A stretch of 64,000 bases of DNA, taken from assembly GCA_037444665.1 (NCBI GenBank), contig JBBILZ010000001.1:32001-96000 (forward strand). Reading direction: 5' to 3'. The translations under genes and the position numbers were made by a program. This document shows positions 38,628 through 48,778 of the stretch, in pieces. Position 1 is the first letter of the stretch, and each line of letters starts with the position of its first letter. The notes beneath the pieces are model-generated. The model was not told where the DNA came from. It worked only from the letters and a program-made list of their open reading frames with translations, and made no database searches. Source of the stretch: a candidate division WOR-3 bacterium. Its GTDB lineage: Bacteria; Hydrothermota; Tepidihabitantia; SM23-42; JAOAFX01.

Positions 38628-39722
38628 TTATTTAATCAATATTATTTTATTGAACGAATAAGCATCTGAAATCTTAAAAAAATACACACCATTCGGTAAC
38701 CTTGACAGGTCAATATGATTGATTGGCTCTGCCAATACTGTTTTTTTGATAATTCTACCAGAGCAATCAAAAATATATATTCTTGCCCCAGCACTTGCCT
38801 TATGTAGTAATAAATTCCCATTTGTTATTGTTGGTTGCATTGAACTTTTTGTTATTTTATGGCACACCTCTTCCAGAGCAACAAGTGGACCAAAATAGAT
38901 AGAACCAGCAGAACCATCTTCTCCATTACCAAAACCACCATTACCACCTATTCCACCTGCAACTGATAAAGATAAATAGTTTGTATCCAAGACTGAATAA
39001 AAGATCTTAATACGGCCACCTCCAGCACCACCGCCACCGCCACCTGAGGCATCACCGCCTGCTCCTCCCTTTGCAAAGATTGACGAATATCTAATGGTCA
39101 ATGTATCGGTCCACATTTTAATGCCACCGCCTGAACCACCACCACCTGCTTCATAACCTCCATCATAGCCACGCATTCCATTGGCTGACACTGCAGAAGA
39201 GTCTATGATTATTTTGTTTCCTTTTAAATAGATAAGTGCTCCGCCATTACCACCAAAACCATCCACATATGAGAGCCTTCCAGCACCACCACCTGAACCC
39301 GGATTGATAACAGTATCATTTGGACTCCCATACGAAATCCCACCAGCACCCGGGCTTACATCACCTCCAGCACCACCAGCCCCTCCATAACCAGCACCAC
39401 CGCCACCACCACTGATTCCTGCGTGGCCATATCCGGGTCCATATCCATCAGGATGGGTATTCGTGCCTCCGAGATAACCAAAGCCATCTCCTTGAATAAC
39501 AGAGGAATTATGAATATGTATCAGGGGTGCCTGCAAAATGACCTTGCCCGTTGAATCAATACCATTCCAGAGCCTTACTTTTAATTTGGCATTGTTCAGA
39601 TGAACTTTTATATTATATTGATGAAGGTTGCACATCACAAGACTATCATTGACAATTAACAGACTGTCATTGTCTTCATAAATGTAATTGATTAATATAA
39701 AAACTCCTAATAATATACCCAT
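38628..39722 (-). CDS. Glycine-rich secreted protein with T9SS type A-like C-terminal domain
   Basis: GGGGAG/GGRIKI repeats; IFDCSGRII...IDLSRLPNGVYF...KIILIK. Confidence 0.8.
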   Translation of the reverse strand: MGILLGVFILINYIYEDNDSLLIVNDSLVMCNLHQYNIKVHLNNAKLKVRLWNGIDSTGKVILQAPLIHIHNSSVIQGDGFGYLGGTNTHPDGYGPGYGHAGISGGGGGAGYGGAGGAGGDVSPGAGGISYGSPNDTVINPGSGGGAGRLSYVDGFGGNGGALIYLKGNKIIIDSSAVSANGMRGYDGGYEAGGGGSGGGIKMWTDTLTIRYSSIFAKGGAGGDASGGGGGGAGGGRIKIFYSVLDTNYLSLSVAGGIGGNGGFGNGEDGSAGSIYFGPLVALEEVCHKITKSSMQPTITNGNLLLHKASAGARIYIFDCSGRIIKKTVLAEPINHIDLSRLPNGVYFFKISDAYSFNKIILIK

Positions 39723-39780
39723 ATAGCCTCCACAAAATTATATATAACTCTGTTGGCCTGTCAATAAAATATTCATAATA

Positions 39781-39815
39781 AAAAACCCGCCCCTTAAAAT
39801 TTTTTAAGGGGCGGG
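39781..39815 (-). terminator. Intrinsic terminator after the Kelch/CTD gene
   Basis: CCCGCCCCTTAAAA/TTTTAAGGGGCGGG stem followed by a T tract on the minus strand. Confidence 0.85.
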
Positions 39816-39835
39816 CACATAGTAAGATGCGGTTT

Positions 39836-42775
39836 TTACTTCACGAGTATGAGTTTGTGGCTTGCAGTCTTTGCTTCGGCTTCAAGTATCAAGAAGTAGA
39901 CACCACTGAGCACTGAACGGCCGCTATTGTCCTTGCCATCCCAGTACACGGTCTTGGCACCTGCAGACTCAAATGGACGGTCAACAAGTGTCCTGACCAA
40001 TCTGCCAGCACCATCATAGACCTTCAGCGTGACATGGCCATTCTTTGTTGTCGCATAAGAGATCGGTGTATAACCCTTTGTCGGATTAGGTATATTAGGT
40101 GCAAACCCGAACTTGAGCTGTGATATTGGTGTGTTCGGTTTTTCCTGAACACCAGGGACTAAACCAGTATGGAAGACCTCATGGTCAGGTATGTATGCAC
40201 CACTATAATAACCACTCGCGACAAAGACACCCACATCGCCGGCAGCGGTCAAGGTGACTGCAACTGGTGATACATTACCCATTGGGTGCGGTTTGGGCTT
40301 ATTCCAGTTGGTCCAGGTATTTGTATATGGGCTATATGACCAGGTCTCGTCACTTGCGCCACCTGAAATCTGACCGCACACGACCCAGAGCTCTTTATTA
40401 ACATGGTCCACACCACTGGGCACACGATAACGGCCGACCATTCCTGGAATGGTTGCTGGTGAACCCCAGGCAATCTGGGAGCAGTTGTTCGGATTGATGA
40501 TACCTACGATGTAGTCATTGCGATAGGTTGATGAACCATCATATCCACAGGCGACAATAGCAAATGTATCAATCACACCACCTGCAGCACAACCCCTGCC
40601 AACACCGGTCATTGATGTTGCCTGGGTCCAGGTGTCAAGATATGTATCATAGAAGTAGACATTGGTATGAGGTGCGGGTGATCCACCCCAGTTTCCACCG
40701 CCAAATGTAAAGATCAATGAGTCTTTGTAAACACCACTGACCTGATCCATATTTCCCATAGGACAGTTAGCACCACTTGACCACTGATTAGAACCCGGGT
40801 CATATATATCAACCCTCGTAAGGGCTGTTGGCCAGGCATCAGTACCACCGAGTCTGTAGTATTTTCCATTTACACCCTGGGCAGTTCCATAAGCACCACA
40901 GCCATAAGGATTTGTTGGACCCGCAGTCCAGGAACCAGCAGTAATATCATATATCTGGGTCTGGTTAGTATAACCACTAGTAGTTCTAATGCCAAAGACC
41001 ATATATTTACCATCATTTATGGTCGCCATTGAATGTCCTGAACTTGGTGATGGGAACTGGGCAGAGAGAATCTCCCAGAATGTCGGATTGACCGTGGAAA
41101 CCTGTGTCAATGTATCATTTACTGGATTCACATCTCCTGCCATTACAGTAAATGCCTTTATTGTGTAACTGATACCGGTCGTGCCACAGCAGGTCCAGTT
41201 CGTGAATGTAATGGTCGTATCTGCGCCTGCATTGAGTGTAATATTCTGGGTCTGGTTATAGACCAAAGTCCCTGAAGAGTCAATCTGGAAATAAACATCA
41301 AATGTTTCGTTGTTATTTCCATAGTTTCTATAGGTTGCACTTGGAGTATATGTGGTATTGGGTAAGAGGTTTGTTGGTGGTTGATTAATAGCAGTCGTTC
41401 CCACATCATGCTGCGCTACATAGAGTTCGCCATTGATTGTCACATTATCAATCGCTCCATACCACATCCAGCCACCGCCATCATCATAATATGCATAGAC
41501 CTGTAATCTTGGATAGGTTTTATATGCACTCACATCTGCTGAATCCCATCTTCCAGAAACATCAGCAGTATAGGTCATTAAAGGCACAACATGCCAGGTT
41601 GAGCCATCAAAGTATTTGATACCGACTTCCAGATACTCAGGGGTTCCAAGATAATTGAATGTCACACCCCATTTTAGCCAGTTCGTTGTGCTGTGGGGCA
41701 CAATCACTGGAGAAAGTGCAGTATCCTGGAGTGGAGGTGCACTACTTCCTGCAGCATCATCATCAAACCAGAGACAGGAATCCTGTGCATTGGGTGGCAT
41801 CCAACCTGTATGGAGATTGGAAGGTGCAACACCCCAGCCATTAGGGAATGCATAGGCACCGGTCTTTGTCCAGCCCTGCCAGCCGGTCTCAAAATCCCAC
41901 CGAACAGTATCATTAAGTACGATACCCACATCATATACCCAGATCTTATCCGGACCTGACTGGTCAAGGATATAGACATACTGGCCATCAAATGCACAGT
42001 CTGCCTCATAACCCTGGGTCTGACCCGGGTCGCACTGCCAGACCGATTCTGGTGTTGCTGCAGGCACACCATTGGTCAGTCTGAATTGATAGAAATGGGA
42101 TGGTGCTGCCTCTTCAGCCTGGAACATTAAGGTTGGTGCACTGGTTCCACTATAAGCACCACTGGCTCCGCAAGGATATTGGGGACGGCTTATTGTAGTC
42201 CAGGTACCGGTCTGGGATGGTTGGGCATATCCAAGAACATTGGAAGTCCAGTCTGTAGCATAGACTGCGTCATCAACACCATTGAAGTCAAGGCCTTCAA
42301 GGGTGCCGGATACTGTGCGATAGACACTCCCAGTTCCATTGGTCACATCTATGCGATAGATGGTATTGTTAAATCCTGCCATATACATTATGTTGCTACC
42401 AGCGTATCCAATACCGAGCCTGTATGTAGGGACGCCTGAACCAAATGTCACTGAATCAATCTTTGTGCAGGGGGAATGTTTCTGAATCGCATACATCTTA
42501 TTATAAGCACTATTCCACTGGGTAACCCAGAGTGCATCCCTTTCCCAGTCATAGGCAAGACCCCAGCAATAACCAGTTGCATTAATTGGACTCAAATCAA
42601 TCGTATCAACCAAGGTTGGGGTTGACAGAGGACCATTATAGGGCACACCCTTTGGATTACCTGGAACTTTAAACACATGGGATGGTACTGCACTCGGTGC
42701 TGATAGGTCATCATTGGCTCCGAATGCCATCGGTACCAACACCAGGATTAATAATAGATATGCTATTTTTTTCAT
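39836..42775 (-). CDS. Large secreted surface protein (beta-propeller, adhesin-like, CARDB-like, Kelch repeats, FlgD-Ig/T9SS-like CTD)
   Basis: Signal MKKIAYLLLILV; YDP.SNQW Kelch repeats; PNP...LKVYD.AGRLVRTL...WDGKD..G..V.SGVYF; visibly GC-richer than its neighbours. Confidence 0.85.
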   Translation of the reverse strand: MKKIAYLLLILVLVPMAFGANDDLSAPSAVPSHVFKVPGNPKGVPYNGPLSTPTLVDTIDLSPINATGYCWGLAYDWERDALWVTQWNSAYNKMYAIQKHSPCTKIDSVTFGSGVPTYRLGIGYAGSNIMYMAGFNNTIYRIDVTNGTGSVYRTVSGTLEGLDFNGVDDAVYATDWTSNVLGYAQPSQTGTWTTISRPQYPCGASGAYSGTSAPTLMFQAEEAAPSHFYQFRLTNGVPAATPESVWQCDPGQTQGYEADCAFDGQYVYILDQSGPDKIWVYDVGIVLNDTVRWDFETGWQGWTKTGAYAFPNGWGVAPSNLHTGWMPPNAQDSCLWFDDDAAGSSAPPLQDTALSPVIVPHSTTNWLKWGVTFNYLGTPEYLEVGIKYFDGSTWHVVPLMTYTADVSGRWDSADVSAYKTYPRLQVYAYYDDGGGWMWYGAIDNVTINGELYVAQHDVGTTAINQPPTNLLPNTTYTPSATYRNYGNNNETFDVYFQIDSSGTLVYNQTQNITLNAGADTTITFTNWTCCGTTGISYTIKAFTVMAGDVNPVNDTLTQVSTVNPTFWEILSAQFPSPSSGHSMATINDGKYMVFGIRTTSGYTNQTQIYDITAGSWTAGPTNPYGCGAYGTAQGVNGKYYRLGGTDAWPTALTRVDIYDPGSNQWSSGANCPMGNMDQVSGVYKDSLIFTFGGGNWGGSPAPHTNVYFYDTYLDTWTQATSMTGVGRGCAAGGVIDTFAIVACGYDGSSTYRNDYIVGIINPNNCSQIAWGSPATIPGMVGRYRVPSGVDHVNKELWVVCGQISGGASDETWSYSPYTNTWTNWNKPKPHPMGNVSPVAVTLTAAGDVGVFVASGYYSGAYIPDHEVFHTGLVPGVQEKPNTPISQLKFGFAPNIPNPTKGYTPISYATTKNGHVTLKVYDGAGRLVRTLVDRPFESAGAKTVYWDGKDNSGRSVLSGVYFLILEAEAKTASHKLILVK

Positions 42776-42991
42776 TTCATCTCCTTTTTTTCTGCAAAAG
42801 AACACACCAGAATACTATTATTCTGGATATTTGGTTGTATTTTTTTTGCTATCACCCCCTTTCAATTTTTTTGTCATGTTTGTAAATTCTAATAACAATA
42901 TATTATAATCAAAAAATGGAAAATGTCAATACCCATTTTACCCTCAGTTGTTATTCGTTGACAATGATAATTTATTGGCTATAATTATCTT

Positions 42992-44002
42992 ATGCTAAAG
43001 GAATTGTGCGAAATATCTGGGGTAAGTGGTGATGAAGATAGAATACGACTATTTATAAAAGAACAGCTCTATAAATATGTTGATGATTTAACCGAAGATG
43101 CCTATGGAAATCTTATTGTTCATAGAGGTAAAGGAAAAAATCCAAAGATTTTACTTGCCGCACATATGGATGAAGTTGGAATGATGATTACCAATATTGA
43201 AAAGAATGGACTATTGAAATTCAAAACAATAGGTCTGCGTGCCCAGTCCATTCTTGCAAAACGGGTAATTGTTGGTGAGAAAAAAATATCTGGTGTGATT
43301 GGACATAAACCAATCCATTTATCCCAGCCCACAGAAAGGAATAAATTACCTGAAATCAAAGAACTTTTTATTGATATCGGCACAAACTCACGAGAAGAAG
43401 CAGAAGGGTTTGTCCAGATTGGTGATTTGGCAACATTTGATACAAAATTTTATAAAGATGGCGAGAATCTTTATGGCAAGGCATTTGATAATCGCATCGG
43501 TTGTTATGTGCTGATGAAATTACTACAGGACACAGACCTGAGCGCTTATTTTGCCTTCACTGTCCAGGAGGAGTTAGGATTAAGAGGGGCAAAACTTGTG
43601 GCATATCGGGTTAACCCGGACATTGCCATTGCGGTTGATACAACAGGAACAAATGAATTGCCTGAGGAAAAGGATATACCAATATATCCTGCCCTTGGCA
43701 ATGGACCAGTATTGACCATTTCTGATGCAACAATCATCTGTGATAGAAAAATTATTAAATTAATTGAAAATACAGCAAAGAAACATAATATAAAATACCA
43801 GTACAAACAACCAATGATTGGAGGTACTGATGCAGGGGTAATCCATCTTGCACGCGAAGGTATCCCTTCTGCTGTGCTCTCAATACCTGCACGATATATA
43901 CATTCTCCATTATCAATCGCCTCAATGAAAGATATTAATAATACCATAAAATTATTAACCTTCACCATAGAAGAAATTTTAAGGGGAGTAAAATGGAATT
44001 GA
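42992..44002 (+). CDS. M42 family (TET/FrvX) metallo-aminopeptidase
   Basis: AHMDE, FDNR, QEE, VD, GGTDAG, YIHS. Confidence 0.92.
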   Translation: MLKELCEISGVSGDEDRIRLFIKEQLYKYVDDLTEDAYGNLIVHRGKGKNPKILLAAHMDEVGMMITNIEKNGLLKFKTIGLRAQSILAKRVIVGEKKISGVIGHKPIHLSQPTERNKLPEIKELFIDIGTNSREEAEGFVQIGDLATFDTKFYKDGENLYGKAFDNRIGCYVLMKLLQDTDLSAYFAFTVQEELGLRGAKLVAYRVNPDIAIAVDTTGTNELPEEKDIPIYPALGNGPVLTISDATIICDRKIIKLIENTAKKHNIKYQYKQPMIGGTDAGVIHLAREGIPSAVLSIPARYIHSPLSIASMKDINNTIKLLTFTIEEILRGVKWN

Positions 44003-44988
44003 TTAAAAATCTCACTGAAATTTATGGTCCTTCAGGACGGGAAGATAGGGTCCGTATGCTGATAAAATCAGAAATAAAAAAGTTCTGCAAAAATATCAGG
44101 ACCGACGCGCTCGGTAATTTGATTGCCCACATACCAGCAACTGGTAAAAAAAATGCAAAGAAATTAATGTTCTGTGCGCATATGGATGAAATCGGTCTAA
44201 TTGTAAAACATATTGACAAACAGGGGTTTCTGAGATTTACCAGCGTAGGCGGTATCTTTCCCGAGAAGATTTTACATCAACGCGTAATCTTTGAAAATGG
44301 TGTGACCGGTGTTATTGGTGTAGAAACAAAACCAGAAACGCCAAAACCACCAACCATTGATAATTTTTATATTGATATTGGAGCAGATAATCAGAGCCAG
44401 GCAAAGAAATTGGTCCAGATTGGTGATATTGCTTCATTTTATCAACAAGCTGAAATTATAAATAATAAAATTTTCTCCAAGGCACTTGATGACCGAATAG
44501 GCTGTTATTGTCTCATTGAAACAATGAAAAGATTAAAGAAGAACTCTTTTGACCTCTATTTTGTATTTTCTACACAGGAAGAAGTGGGTCTGCGTGGCGC
44601 CCGCACCAGTGCCTTTAGTATTAATCCAGATTACGCAATTGCAGTTGATGTCACGGCAACAGGAGATACGCCTGAATCACCCCAGATGGCAGTGAGTATT
44701 GGTAAGGGTGTCGCCATAAAGATAAAGGACAGTGCATTTATTACCAGTACTATTATCAAAGATAAGATCATAAGCTATGCCCAGAATTTTAAAATTCCCT
44801 ATCAATTAGAAATCTTAGAGCGAGGCACAACCGACGCCGCGATTATTCAATTAATTAAAGAAGGAGTATTGAGCGGAGTCCTGTCCATCCCGACCCGCTA
44901 TATCCATTCACCAAATGAAGTGTGTGACCTGAATGATGTCAGTGCAACCATCAATCTTTTACAAGTTTGTGCGGAAAAGGGTTTTTAG
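43993..44988 (+). CDS. M42 family metallo-aminopeptidase, second paralog
   Basis: AHMDE, LDDR, QEEVG, VDVT, YIHS. Confidence 0.92.
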   Translation: MELIKNLTEIYGPSGREDRVRMLIKSEIKKFCKNIRTDALGNLIAHIPATGKKNAKKLMFCAHMDEIGLIVKHIDKQGFLRFTSVGGIFPEKILHQRVIFENGVTGVIGVETKPETPKPPTIDNFYIDIGADNQSQAKKLVQIGDIASFYQQAEIINNKIFSKALDDRIGCYCLIETMKRLKKNSFDLYFVFSTQEEVGLRGARTSAFSINPDYAIAVDVTATGDTPESPQMAVSIGKGVAIKIKDSAFITSTIIKDKIISYAQNFKIPYQLEILERGTTDAAIIQLIKEGVLSGVLSIPTRYIHSPNEVCDLNDVSATINLLQVCAEKGF

Positions 44989-44994
44989 CAATTA

Positions 44995-45747
44995 ATGAAA
45001 AAAGGATATTCAATAGTATTCAGTTCTACAAATTCCACAACCTCCCGACATTTTTTTCTTTCCCGCAAAATGTTCTTTGCAATTGCTTTTATACTTTCCC
45101 TTATATTAATCTTTATTATTTTCGGACTCGTAAAATACAGTGCCCTGTCTTATCGTATTATTGAGATGGAACTATTAAGAAGACGCAATGCAGAAATGGA
45201 AAAGGAGTTTAGCAAACTTGAAGCAATCAAGAAGAATTTAGAAATTGCGCAAGCAGAAAATCAAAAAATAAAGGCAATGCTGGGTATTGATAAATCACCT
45301 GCTGAAGTTACGCCTTCATTTGAAAAAATTGAGAATAAATACGAAAAAGAGATAAATGATTCAAAAAAAGACGAAAACCTTCCTTATTTATTACCGGTGC
45401 TTGGCCAAATCTCAAGAAAATTTTCTGAAGCGCATAAGGGTATTGATATTGCTGCACCTATGTATTCACCAGTAATCGCTGCAGCAGGTGGCAAAGTTGC
45501 CTCTGTTGGTTGGGATTCACTCTATGGAAATTATATTATCATTGAGCACAGTGAAAATTATAAAACTTTTTATGGACATCTCCATTCTATCCTCGTAAAG
45601 TTTGGTGATGTGGTCTCTGCTGGAAAAATCATTGGCTCACTTGGGTCAACAGGTAAATCAACATCTCCGCACCTCCATTATGAAGTAAAAAATCAGGGAC
45701 AATCTGTTGACCCGATGGTTTATTTACCTACAAGGTCAGAAAAATAG
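44995..45747 (+). CDS. M23 family peptidase (TM, coiled coil, LytM domain)
   Basis: HKGID, YGN, YGHL, GSTGKSTSPHLHYE. Confidence 0.92.
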   Translation: MKKGYSIVFSSTNSTTSRHFFLSRKMFFAIAFILSLILIFIIFGLVKYSALSYRIIEMELLRRRNAEMEKEFSKLEAIKKNLEIAQAENQKIKAMLGIDKSPAEVTPSFEKIENKYEKEINDSKKDENLPYLLPVLGQISRKFSEAHKGIDIAAPMYSPVIAAAGGKVASVGWDSLYGNYIIIEHSENYKTFYGHLHSILVKFGDVVSAGKIIGSLGSTGKSTSPHLHYEVKNQGQSVDPMVYLPTRSEK

Positions 45748-45756
45748 AGGAGGTTT

Positions 45757-46713
45757 ATGAAAGCATTAATTACTGGCATTTCAGGATTTGCTGGCAGCCA
45801 TCTTGCAGACTATCTTTTATCGCTTAATAACTTTGAAGTCTTTGGAACAATTAAGTGGCGGTCAAGGCTTGATAATATAAATCATCTCCTTGATAAAATC
45901 AAATTGTATGAATGCGATATTAGAGATGCGTCAGCCATAAAATATGTGGTGAGCGAGGTGAAACCAAACTATATATTCCATCTTGCTGCCCAGAGCTATG
46001 TGCCCTTTTCCTGGCGTGCACCTTCAGAAACCTTATCAACCAATATCCTCGGTGAATTAAATCTATTTGAGGCAGTGAGGGAGTTAAAGATTGATGCGTC
46101 TATTCACATTGCTGGCTCAAGCGAAGAATATGGAATGGTCTATCCTGATGAAATACCGATCAAGGAAACAAATCCATTAAGACCATTGAGCCCTTATGCA
46201 GTAAGCAAAATCGCCCAGGATATGCTCGGTTATCAGTATTATAAAAGTTATGGAATAAAGATCATTAGAACCAGGGCATTCAATCATACTGGTCCGCGCC
46301 GCGGTGAGGTCTTTGTCACTTCTAATTTTGCCCGACAGATTATTGAAATTGAAAAAAAGAAAAGACAACCAGTAATTTATGTTGGCAATCTTGAAGCAGT
46401 AAGGGATTTTCTTGATGTGCGTGATGTGGTCCGTGGTTATTATCTTGCTCTGAACAAAGGAGAACCCGGTGAAGTTTATAATATCGCATCAAGTAAAGGC
46501 GTAAAAATTAAAGAACTTCTGGACTTAATGATTAAACTGGCTCATCTTAATCTCAAGGTCATACAGGAGCCGTCCCGTATGAGACCTTCAGATGTTGAAC
46601 TGCTCGTTGGTTCAAATGAAAAATTTAAAAAGGCAACGGGCTGGCAACCTGAAATACCATTTGAAAAAACGATCCAGGACCTTCTTGATTATTGGCGGTC
46701 AAGGATAATATGA
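45757..46713 (+). CDS. gmd: GDP-mannose 4,6-dehydratase-like extended SDR
   Basis: ITGISGFAGSH, HLAAQS, SSEEYG, PYAVSK, FNHTGPRR, RPSDV. Confidence 0.75.
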   Translation: MKALITGISGFAGSHLADYLLSLNNFEVFGTIKWRSRLDNINHLLDKIKLYECDIRDASAIKYVVSEVKPNYIFHLAAQSYVPFSWRAPSETLSTNILGELNLFEAVRELKIDASIHIAGSSEEYGMVYPDEIPIKETNPLRPLSPYAVSKIAQDMLGYQYYKSYGIKIIRTRAFNHTGPRRGEVFVTSNFARQIIEIEKKKRQPVIYVGNLEAVRDFLDVRDVVRGYYLALNKGEPGEVYNIASSKGVKIKELLDLMIKLAHLNLKVIQEPSRMRPSDVELLVGSNEKFKKATGWQPEIPFEKTIQDLLDYWRSRII

Positions 46714-47642
46714 AACGGATTCTGGTCACCGGTTCTGAAGGTTTTGCCGGCTCACATTTAATGAAAATCTTAAAAGAATCGCTCAATATCATAATACCTA
46801 CCTGTTTTCCCTTATTAAAACCGAAACATGGCAAATTCATCAGCCTTGACATTACTAATATTGATATGGTGCGCGAGATATTTAAAACACACAATCCAGA
46901 CATAATTTTCCATCTGGCAGCAGTAAGTTCTGTTGCCAAGTCGTTTCTTGACCGACCATTTACTTATAATACAAATGTAATGGGGACAGTGAACCTGCTT
47001 GAGGCTGCGCAATCATTAAATAAAAAAATTAAGTTTATTTTTATTTCTACCTGCGAGGTCTATGGTGGTGGAGAAAATTTAAAAGAAGATGCTCCCATCG
47101 TTTTGAAAAATCCCTATGCCGTAAGTAAATATGCCTGCGAACTTATCTGTAAAGAATACACCAGTTCAAATATTGAAATTATAATCTTAAGACCATTCAA
47201 TCATACGGGTCCTGGACAATCTGATGATTTTGTTGTTCCTTCTATTGCACGACAGGTTGCCGAGATTGAGCAGGGTAAAAAGATACCCTTGATTGAATTG
47301 GGCAATACTCAAATAAAAAGAGAATTTATGGATGTTATGGATGTGGTGCTGGCTTACAAACTTGCCATTGAAAAATCTCTTGTTCCGGATATTTATAATA
47401 TTTCTTCAAATAAAAGCCATTCCCTTGCCGATATTATTGAAATTTTCAAAAAAATGACCCGGGTTAAATTTGATATAAAGATTGACCCATCACGCCTGCG
47501 CAAAACCGATATTCCTATCCTCACTGGTAACGGAGAAAAATTTTCACAATTGACTGGCTGGAAACCAAAAATAAAATTAGAAAAGACCATAGAAGACACA
47601 CTGAATTATTGGCGGGCAAAAGTGCAGGATACTAACAAGTAA
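46710..47642 (+). CDS. Gmd/Rmd-like SDR (possible GDP-4-keto-6-deoxymannose reductase)
   Basis: VTGSEGFAGSH, PYAVSK, RPFNHTGPGQ; paralog of the preceding gene. Confidence 0.75.
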   Translation: MKRILVTGSEGFAGSHLMKILKESLNIIIPTCFPLLKPKHGKFISLDITNIDMVREIFKTHNPDIIFHLAAVSSVAKSFLDRPFTYNTNVMGTVNLLEAAQSLNKKIKFIFISTCEVYGGGENLKEDAPIVLKNPYAVSKYACELICKEYTSSNIEIIILRPFNHTGPGQSDDFVVPSIARQVAEIEQGKKIPLIELGNTQIKREFMDVMDVVLAYKLAIEKSLVPDIYNISSNKSHSLADIIEIFKKMTRVKFDIKIDPSRLRKTDIPILTGNGEKFSQLTGWKPKIKLEKTIEDTLNYWRAKVQDTNK

Positions 47643-47686
47643 AAAGTAAACCGATGTGCTTTCCTTTGTAAATAATCATTTTTACT

Positions 47687-48778
47687 ATGAATATTCTGGT
47701 AATTAACTGGCAGGACTGGCAAAATCCTTACGCAGGTGGTGCAGAGGTCTATTTTTATGAAATATTTTCGCGCCTGATCAAAAAGGGGCATAAGGTAATA
47801 TTGCTCTGTAGCAGAGGGCAAAAACAAAAACGATATGAAATTGTTGATGGTTTTGAAATTTTTCGTATCGGGAGAAGATCAAATTTCAATTTTTTTGTGC
47901 CGTCTGCGCTGCGTGCATTAATGCGACACAAAAAGATTGATGTAATAATTGATGACCAGAACAAAATCCCTTTCTACTCACCACTCTTTACTAAAAGCAG
48001 AAATCTTATTATGATTATGCATCTTTTTAGAAAGGCAATATTTAAAGAAACAAACTTTATCTTTGCAAGTTATGTATTTATTACGGAACGACTCATTCCA
48101 CTACTTTATCCCCATTCACATTTCATTGCAATTTCGCAGAGCACTGCCGGTGACCTACGCGCTATGGGAGTGAAGAACAAAATCTATGTTGTCTATAGCG
48201 GGATACCCAAAATTACAATTAAAAGTAATGTGCCACGTCAGAAAAATCTCATTGCTTATGTGGGAAGGATTAAAAAATATAAATCCATTGACCATCTTCT
48301 GTACGCTGTGCACAATCTCAAAAAAGAATATCCAGTAGAATTGACCATTGTAGGTGGGGGCGATGGCCTGTTAGATTTGAAGAAAATTGCCCAGAGATTG
48401 AATCTTGCTGTTAATTTCAGGGGTTTTGTAAAAGAAAATGAGAAATACGAGGTATATCACCAGGCACGCATTGTAGTCCAACCCTCTATCAAAGAAGGTT
48501 GGGGGTTGACCTCAATTGAAGCGCAGGCATGCGGAACCCCTGTCATCTGCGCCAATAGTCCAGGTTTAAAAGAAACAGTAATTGATGGAAAAACAGGCTA
48601 TTTATATGAATATGGCAATATCCCTCAATTGACCGATAGAATCAAAGAGTTACTCATTGATGATGAAAAATGGAAAAGTTTTTCAAATGAAGCACAGGAA
48701 TGGACGAAAAATTTTTCGTGGGACAAAGCCGCAGAAATGATGGATAAAATCCTTTGTGCAGAAATGGAAAATCTATGA
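47687..48778 (+). CDS. Glycosyltransferase family 4
   Basis: GGAEVY, VGRIKKYK, PSIKEGWGLTSIEAQACGTP. Confidence 0.92.
   Translation: MNILVINWQDWQNPYAGGAEVYFYEIFSRLIKKGHKVILLCSRGQKQKRYEIVDGFEIFRIGRRSNFNFFVPSALRALMRHKKIDVIIDDQNKIPFYSPLFTKSRNLIMIMHLFRKAIFKETNFIFASYVFITERLIPLLYPHSHFIAISQSTAGDLRAMGVKNKIYVVYSGIPKITIKSNVPRQKNLIAYVGRIKKYKSIDHLLYAVHNLKKEYPVELTIVGGGDGLLDLKKIAQRLNLAVNFRGFVKENEKYEVYHQARIVVQPSIKEGWGLTSIEAQACGTPVICANSPGLKETVIDGKTGYLYEYGNIPQLTDRIKELLIDDEKWKSFSNEAQEWTKNFSWDKAAEMMDKILCAEMENL

Noticed and set aside
42992..47642. Tandem M42 peptidases and tandem Gmd-like SDRs as novel systems
   Set aside because: Paralog pairs of both families are common, and the motifs look ordinary.
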